A stretch of 64,000 nt of DNA from Octopus sinensis (taxonomy: Eukaryota): the NCBI RefSeq assembly GCF_006345805.1, contig NC_043015.1, positions 19,220,001-19,284,000 of the forward strand. Reading direction: 5' to 3'. Under the pieces are notes generated by a model. It did no database searches, was not told the origin of the DNA, and was given only the letters and a program-made list of their open reading frames with translations. The stretch's first letter is position 1; the number at the start of each line of letters is the position of its first letter. Positions 61,201 to 64,000 of this stretch are shown here, in pieces. The translations under genes were made by a program, and so were the position numbers.

Positions 61201-62394
61201 ATCTCACTAGGTGGAGTACTTTTTGTTGAATCTACATATATTGGATCTGTGAATTATATGTATGTGTGTGTGTACATACATATATCATTCCTATACATAT
61301 AAATATGTGTGTGTATACATATGAATATTTGTGTGTGTATACACATATTATGTATGTATATATTTGCTCATATCTATGTGTATAAGTTTATATATATATA
61401 TATATCAATATATGCATAAGGACACAGGGAGCTGTGTCAAGAAGTGCTGATCTCTATCTGTGGAGGGAACCTATGGGATGAGGTGATGAAGCATGATCTT
61501 CGAACATTGGGCCTCATAGAGGCAATAACAAGTGACTGAGACCTTTGGTGATATGCTGTGCTTGAGAAGACCCTGTCAAGCTAAGTGAAATCATAGTCAT
61601 GGCTGATGCCAGTGTCATGTAACTGGCACTCATGCCATGGCACATAAAAAGCATCCTTCAGACATTGGGCAATGTGTTGTGCTTGAGAAGACCCATCAAG
61701 CCAAGTGAGATTGCAGTCATGGCTGATGCCAGTGTTTTGTAACTGGCACCCATGCCAGTGGCACATAAAAAGAAGCACCAACTATGCTCATGGATCGGTT
61801 GGCATTACGAAGGGAATCCAGCTGTAGAAATCAGGCCAAATCAGATTGGACCCTGGTGCAGCTCCCCAGCTTACCAGTTTTCAGTCTAACCATCTAACTC
61901 ATACCAGCATGGAAAACAGAAGTTAAATGTTGTTGTTGATGATGATGATGATATGTATATATATATATATATACATATCATCATCATCGTCAACATAACC
62001 ATGTTGAAACTCCAGACTTTATCAGAAGCTCTCAAAATCAACTTCATGAAATCAAAATGCATATGATCCAATAATGTAGCACAAGGCCAAATAGTGGTGA
62101 GAGACAATGAAATTTTAAGAGGTGAAAGGGGCAGGCAGCAAATAAATGACAAGAAGTCTCACACATTGTAAATCTATATAAATAATCAAAATCTATATAA
62201 ATAACAAAAATATTTATTTAAAATGCAGTGTAATATAATAAAAAAAATACCTTCATTTGTCGACTTGCAACTATAAATTCAGATGTTGTTTTCTGCCCTT
62301 TGTATGAGAAGTAAACACCTATACCAAGGGAGATAATGACGATTGCACTAAATATAGAATAGTCTAGTGTTGTCAGTGTACTGGCACTTTCCAT
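8732..62394 (-). CDS. SLC5A8-like: SLC5 sodium:solute symporter (SMCT/NIS/SMVT-like), 10 coding exons, 3'-partial: join(62251-62394, 42020-42211, 41568-41636, 29567-29618, 27581-27648, 22085-22165, 20413-20483, 13384-13521, 11053-11188, 8732-8820)
   Basis: Spliced ORF of 1040 nt (346 codons + 2 nt) with GT-AG junctions and matching phases. Family motifs: [47 protein letters not shown]. The symbol is family-level only; orthology among SLC5A5/6/8/12 cannot be resolved by eye. Confidence 0.93.
9600..10620 (-). mobile_element. Penelope-like element 3' end (Neptune-like GIY-YIG endonuclease) with 3' region
   Basis: ORF 10012-10290 [20 protein letters not shown]...RFCEH...PVASHFNS, preceded by a TCP..TIKGP zinc-finger remnant; HHR core in the 3' region. 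Confidence 0.85.
9708..9745 (-). ncRNA. Minimal hammerhead ribozyme core, degenerate stem I
   Basis: Minus strand taccag-CTGACGA-aGGAttacaTCT-GAAA-CG-TT-ggata, with palindromic AACGTT helix III as in PLE minimal HHRs; stem I pairs poorly. Confidence 0.55.
11053..11188 (-). CDS. SLC5 coding exon 9 ([10 protein letters not shown]...[15 protein letters not shown], 136 nt)
   Basis: Acceptor ctctttcag|A; donor CAA|GTAAGT; GCDPL motif. Confidence 0.94.
12190..12950 (-). mobile_element. pogo/Tigger-type DDE transposase relic
   Basis: [10 protein letters not shown] remnant; ORF 12310-12663 with [11 protein letters not shown]...[12 protein letters not shown] resembling the DDE_1 C-terminus. Confidence 0.7.
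13384..13521 (-). CDS. SLC5 coding exon 8 ([10 protein letters not shown]...[18 protein letters not shown], 138 nt)
   Basis: Acceptor ttattgaag|T; donor AA|GTAAGT; DP..RHT and NQ..QR motifs. Confidence 0.92.
14400..14950 (-). mobile_element. R4/Dong-clade LINE RT fragment
   Basis: [13 protein letters not shown] and [12 protein letters not shown]...EYCTRLRKI; flanked by TATG-type repeats. Confidence 0.8.
15271..15630 (-). mobile_element. R4/Dong-clade LINE 3' end (RLE endonuclease C-terminus) inserted in (TACA)n
   Basis: ORF 15313-15615 VVEISCP..VN...KENTY...[10 protein letters not shown]...GTVKICK-stop; (TACA)n on both sides. Confidence 0.85.
15663..16307. mobile_element. CpG-retaining non-coding element bounded by (TATG)n
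   Basis: About 645 bp, higher GC than its surroundings, several hairpins, no credible ORF; family unidentified. Confidence 0.5.
16415..16655 (+). mobile_element. tRNA-headed SINE-like element with PLE-type HHR tail
   Basis: Head gggcatgTGGCGGAGTGGttaagagc...GAGTTCAATTTC (A and B boxes), AAT-rich linker, then a tail containing an HHR. Confidence 0.65.
16564..16609 (+). ncRNA. Minimal hammerhead ribozyme, CpG-decayed
   Basis: GACAC-CTGATGA-aGGCTG gagggtatat CAACC-GAAA-TG-TT-GTGTT; stem I 5 bp, stem II with one mismatch, helix III CG changed to TG. Confidence 0.65.
16700..17580 (+). mobile_element. RTE LINE 3' fragment (decayed)
   Basis: [19 protein letters not shown]...IRSIKC..QEKRL; same family as 1703-2872. 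Confidence 0.8.
19010..19250 (+). mobile_element. tRNA-derived SINE (diverged)
   Basis: gtgtggcttagtggttaggg head, ttgagcgaagcacttcattt body, tggactggcatcccacccagg. Confidence 0.6.
20413..20483 (-). CDS. SLC5 coding exon 7 ([23 protein letters not shown], 71 nt)
   Basis: Acceptor ttttctcag|GGC; donor GA|GTAAGT; phase 0/2. Confidence 0.92.
21050..21430 (+). mobile_element. SINE (gtagtaagaagcttgct... family)
   Basis: Head gggttcagtcccactg..tggcaccttggg. Related copies at about 25430-25800 (-), 34830-35030, 35310-35470 (-), 36640-37050 and 50890-51060 (-). Confidence 0.75.
22085..22165 (-). CDS. SLC5 coding exon 6 ([27 protein letters not shown], 81 nt)
   Basis: Acceptor tttcacag|GGT; donor AAG|GTTTGT; signature [10 protein letters not shown]. 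Confidence 0.96.
23230..24150 (+). mobile_element. RTE LINE 3' end with internal ~64-bp tandem repeats and (GAT)n tail
   Basis: [17 protein letters not shown] remnant; units tgccagt..ctgactggctccc..taaaaagcaccattc at about 23735-24005. Confidence 0.8.
26900..27480 (+). mobile_element. CR1/L2-group LINE RT C-terminal relic
   Basis: [24 protein letters not shown] and [13 protein letters not shown] remnants. Confidence 0.55.
27581..27648 (-). CDS. SLC5 coding exon 5 ([23 protein letters not shown], 68 nt)
   Basis: Acceptor ttacag|TG; donor CTG|GTAATT; same 68-nt length as SLC5A5 exon 4. Confidence 0.92.
29567..29618 (-). CDS. SLC5 coding exon 4 ([17 protein letters not shown], 52 nt)
   Basis: Acceptor ttttcag|CTC; donor G|GTATGT; same 52-nt length as human SLC5A5 exon 3. 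Confidence 0.93.
30250..31570 (-). mobile_element. RTE LINE fragment (RT end, Cys finger, 3' tail)
   Basis: YADDLVL (cta tgc tga tga cct); ORF 31170-31505 [18 protein letters not shown]...[26 protein letters not shown]. Confidence 0.88.
32900..34330 (-). mobile_element. Decayed Penelope-like element (Neptune-like GIY-YIG remnant)
   Basis: Minus-strand translation near 33290-33380: [27 protein letters not shown]. Boundaries uncertain. Confidence 0.55.
34583..34810 (+). mobile_element. tRNA-derived SINE, young copy
   Basis: ggtgagctggcagaaccgttaacacgccgg...GAGTTCAAATTCcgccgaggtcgac...ggggtcgatgtaatcgac with CpGs retained. Older copies at about 25120-25310, 32170-32540 and 37180-37300. Confidence 0.8.
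35061..35229. repeat. Inverted fragment of the HHR-repeat family ending in a 62-bp palindrome
   Basis: 35061-35128 is the reverse complement of the ctacttggtg...aattaattt(c)accc block of the 42.7-45.5 kb units; 35168-35229 is self-complementary with one mismatch. Confidence 0.8.
35880..36095 (+). mobile_element. R4/Dong RT fragment
   Basis: [40 protein letters not shown]. Confidence 0.75.
37400..39350 (-). mobile_element. Tx1/L1-clade LINE relic (APE + RT)
   Basis: [17 protein letters not shown]...[17 protein letters not shown] and a WPNL(V)FG-like RPI region; heavily disrupted. Confidence 0.7.
39780..41170 (-). mobile_element. RTE LINE fragment with ~24-bp tandem repeats in its tail
   Basis: GVHQGSRLNP-LLFI remnant near 41080-41120; ORF 40632-40970 with the Cys finger; ggcacttttatgtggcacc repeats at about 39950-40110. 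Confidence 0.85.
41568..41636 (-). CDS. SLC5 coding exon 3 ([23 protein letters not shown], 69 nt)
   Basis: Acceptor ttttacag|TAT; donor TAT|GTGAGT; YLELRF motif. Confidence 0.95.
42020..42211 (-). CDS. SLC5 coding exon 2 ([26 protein letters not shown]...ITSVFE, 192 nt)
   Basis: Acceptor tttgtag|GTT; donor GAA|GTAAGT; phase 0/0. Confidence 0.95.
42691..43427 (+). mobile_element. Non-coding HHR element: one 600-bp unit plus a 137-bp identical terminal repeat, inserted in (TA)n
   Basis: 42691-42827 is identical to 43291-43427 (offset exactly 600); TA runs on both flanks; HHR inside. Confidence 0.88.
43132..43238 (+). ncRNA. Type I hammerhead ribozyme, predicted cleavage GUC| after 43232
   Basis: Stem I TCTACG/CGTGGA; CTGAAGA 43138-43144; long AU-rich stem II (gaaa/tttc, aagttt/aaattt, gaatta/taattc); GAAA 43221-43224; palindromic helix III ACGTACGT. 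Confidence 0.88.
43689..43750 (+). ncRNA. Type I hammerhead ribozyme, array unit 1 (GUU| after 43745)
   Basis: TTGAG-CTGACGA-ag gaaat GCTGA gttttatt TCAGC taat ct a-GAAA-CG tga CG-TT-CTCAA; the base of stem II is weakly paired. Confidence 0.75.
44257..44318 (+). ncRNA. Type I hammerhead ribozyme, array unit 2
   Basis: Identical to the unit 1 HHR; predicted site after 44313. Confidence 0.75.
44824..44885 (+). ncRNA. Type I hammerhead ribozyme, array unit 3 (helix III variant)
   Basis: GAAACCTGACGTT: a G-to-C change removes one helix III pair; site after 44880. Confidence 0.65.
45392..45453 (+). ncRNA. Type I hammerhead ribozyme, array unit 4 (helix III variant)
   Basis: Same variant as unit 3; site after 45448. 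Confidence 0.65.
45690..46120 (-). mobile_element. HERO-like RLE LINE 3' end (restriction-like endonuclease), 5'-truncated
   Basis: [50 protein letters not shown]...VGARGF...SFYIWLK; PD-(D/E)xK-type core with one internal stop. Confidence 0.82.
46153..46244 (-). ncRNA. Type I hammerhead ribozyme, GUA| between 46159 and 46158; sense to both the Naiad ORF and the host gene
   Basis: Minus strand gttTTGG-CTGATGA-ATACGG...TCGTAT-GAAA-CAATTG-TA-CTGAAc; 6-bp basal stem II; palindromic ACAATTGT helix III. Confidence 0.8.
47395..50376 (-). mobile_element. Near full-length Naiad-type Penelope-like element (RT + C-terminal GIY-YIG), frameshifted
   Basis: N-terminal [15 protein letters not shown]; [17 protein letters not shown]; [11 protein letters not shown]; MGSSDSAEV; GLYRDDAL; CNCR..CP..G.C; VIYK..YLGCT..FKQR..NH; CQLCSME. 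First catalytic Asp reads Asn (QFNI); 167-bp internal duplication plus small frameshifts near 48890-49000. Clade assignment by motif recognition. Confidence 0.9.
50698..50808 (+). ncRNA. Type I hammerhead ribozyme, GUA| after 50800; antisense to the Naiad ORF
   Basis: 8-bp stem I TGTTCACC/GGTGAATA; CTGATGA 50706-50712; long AU-rich stem II with a U.U first pair; GAAA 50789-50792; CAATTG-TA. Confidence 0.8.
51930..53417 (+). mobile_element. R4/Dong LINE 3' part (copy A), 3'UTR interrupted by a SINE
   Basis: GGRGLMHLE; ORF 52349-52714 [31 protein letters not shown]; IIIGALG; ends at (AAT)n. Confidence 0.85.
53045..53331 (-). mobile_element. tRNA-derived SINE inserted in the Dong 3'UTR
   Basis: Head gtggaggcacaTGGCCTAGTGGttagagcagcagactcacGGTTCGAATC; poly(A)-type tail. 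Confidence 0.85.
53437..53707 (+). mobile_element. Very short R4/Dong 3' end (copy B)
   Basis: [21 protein letters not shown]-stop plus UTR, between two (AAT)n tracts. Confidence 0.7.
53730..54665 (+). mobile_element. R4/Dong LINE 3' part (copy C): CCHC finger + RLE
   Basis: ORF 53905-54591: [37 protein letters not shown]. Confidence 0.92.
54700..55150 (+). mobile_element. R4/Dong 3' end (copy D, same subfamily as C)
   Basis: [18 protein letters not shown]; 3'UTR ttaccttagttcactggtag...gaagctgtgcaaag shared with copy C. Confidence 0.88.
55235..58190 (+). mobile_element. Longer decayed R4/Dong LINE (copy E), interrupted by an RTE-tail element at 56460-56820
   Basis: NWKAP, NYRx[43 protein letters not shown]; ends in (AAT)n at 58193-58290. 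Confidence 0.88.
59100..59930 (+). mobile_element. Decayed Naiad-type PLE 3' fragment
   Basis: [13 protein letters not shown] thumb remnant; ORF 59632-59853 [27 protein letters not shown]. Confidence 0.7.
60880..61080 (+). mobile_element. Naiad-type GIY-YIG C-terminal fragment
   Basis: [28 protein letters not shown]...[12 protein letters not shown]. Confidence 0.65.
62251..62394 (-). CDS. SLC5 coding exon 1 ([15 protein letters not shown]...ASRQMK, 144 nt)
   Basis: ATG at 62394; donor AAG|GTATTT. An acceptor-like ctttgcag lies 6 nt upstream of the ATG, suggesting a further 5'UTR exon. Confidence 0.9.
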
Positions 62395-62589
62395 TTTGTT
62401 CTGCAAAGATAGTTTTAAATGCATTTGAATAAAAAATATCCCCAAAAGAAATAAATATTTATTTCTAGTTATTGCAATAGTTTACATACGTTATCATAAA
62501 CATGCTGCATGACTTGATTTCAAAATTTTTAAACAATTAAAATAGTTTGAATAAAGGAAAACATTTATAACAAATTACAATTACATAGT

Positions 62590-63850
62590 GAAGAAGCTTT
62601 CATCCTGCTGATCAAAAAAGTCATCAACAGCAGATATGATGTCGTCATCATTGCGATACTGCTTCCCAGTCAAGTGTTTTTCCTGTTGGGGAACAGATGG
62701 TAGTTAGATCAGGCCAAATCAAGAGAATAGGGAAGGTGATCAACTAGTTCAAAACTACAGTCACACATAGCAGTCATTGAAACCAAGGACATGTGTGCTG
62801 GAGCATTATCCTGACGAAAGAAGATCCTTTTCATCAGTTTTCCTGGACGTTTGGTGACTGCCTCACCAAGTTGGCATACTACTCTCTATTGATGGTATGG
62901 TCATTTTGAAAATCTCTCTATATATAAATGGCAGTTTGTCTGTCTGTGTGTCTGTCAGGTTGTACCCTCACCCTGACCATGGCTTTCAACCGATTCTGAT
63001 GAAACTTGACACACACGTAACCCAATGTCATAATTCAAAACTAACGCAGCGAAAATTTTGAAAAGTTCCCCCAGTTCTGAAAAAAAATCGATAAATTCGA
63101 CATGGGTCGAGAATCTAAGCTTTTTATATGCAACACATTTTCTACAGACTGTCTAAGGGACGCAACTCGACCTTTTTAACTCTCGGAACACGTGGGGTAA
63201 GTATCCCAAAATGTATAAAAATGTACAAAAATGGCAAAAAAGCGGGCAGCAATGTGAGTGACAACAACGAAAAAGTCAAAAGTGACCAAACTGAACAAAC
63301 GAATGGAAAAGGTTCTTTGATGCACACGACAAAAGCGGTTTATAATAAACCAAGAGTTTGCAAGTAGCGTCCGAGGATCCTTAGAGTACATCAAAAATTT
63401 AAGGCAAAACGTTTGGGGTGGTAGTTATAAAGAAAGCGTAAACAAAAAAAGTATTCAAATAACTTGCGGTTGCAGCAGCTATTAGCAGAAGTGGCGGTAT
63501 TGGGGGTAAAGTCTCGAATGTAATTTCTTCCTGGTAGGAATTGGTTGGGTTGAATTATCTATAGCTGTTTGATAGTTATTTGGGAGTGAAGGGAAGACAT
63601 TGCAACCTACACATGCACCTTCGTTCCCTAGAGGGAAAGGACTAGATTGGATTAGTCGTTGCCTACTAGGGGCTCTTACATACCCGGGCAACGCCGGGCT
63701 ATGCTGCTAGTAGTCAATAAACACAATGTCTTTTGCATACCAAATAACTGAGGCCATCACCTTCCCTACAGATGAAATAACCTTGGTTGTCTTTTGAGCA
63801 GGAGAAGAGGGATGTTTCCACAGCATTGATTGTTTCTTTATCTCTGTGAG
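62590..63850 (-). mobile_element. mariner transposase relic split by a Helitron
   Basis: KKQSMLWKHPSSP..GKVMASVIW..IVFIDY|FQND..QDNA..LPYSLDLA (YSPDL-like); the frame rejoins exactly when 62913-63710 is removed. Confidence 0.85.
62913..63710 (+). mobile_element. Non-autonomous Helitron (798 bp)
   Basis: A|TC 5' end; hairpin CCCGG gcaacg CCGGG at 63683-63698; CTAG|T 3' end; inserted at an AT with no target-site duplication. Confidence 0.88.
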
Positions 63851-64000
63851 CAGTCATATATATGTATATATAAATGTGTGGCACACTTCTTCCATCACCT
63901 TATGTGGCTGTGAAGACCACATCTGTAGAAGTCAGTAGGTTGCAACAGAAGCCAAGACTTTACCTCAGAAACAAGTTCATCATCATTCAAAAAGTGCTTC

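Overview
AT-rich, microsatellite- and transposon-dense eukaryotic DNA. The SINE/LINE repertoire is consistent with an Octopus genome (inference). One host gene crosses the window on the minus strand: an SLC5 sodium:solute symporter (SMCT/NIS/SMVT subgroup). I reconstructed 10 coding exons by hand (62394 to 8732, 1040 nt, all GT-AG and in phase); the 3' exons were not found and probably lie left of the window. The introns hold RTE, R4/Dong, HERO-like, Tx1-like and CR1-like LINE fragments, tRNA-derived SINEs, mariner and pogo relics, a Helitron, a MITE and several Penelope-like elements (PLEs). The most striking region is 42.7-50.8 kb in the 20-kb first intron, with seven type I hammerhead ribozyme (HHR) motifs. 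It contains a ~3.6-copy tandem array of a 568-bp non-coding unit with one HHR per unit, a related 600-bp HHR unit with perfect 137-bp terminal redundancy, and a near full-length Naiad-type PLE with two Asn-rich expansions bracketed by two oppositely oriented HHRs. This resembles a retrozyme-like, circular-RNA-generating system beside a candidate helper element. Exon, HHR, Helitron and array coordinates were counted directly; boundaries of degraded TEs are approximate.
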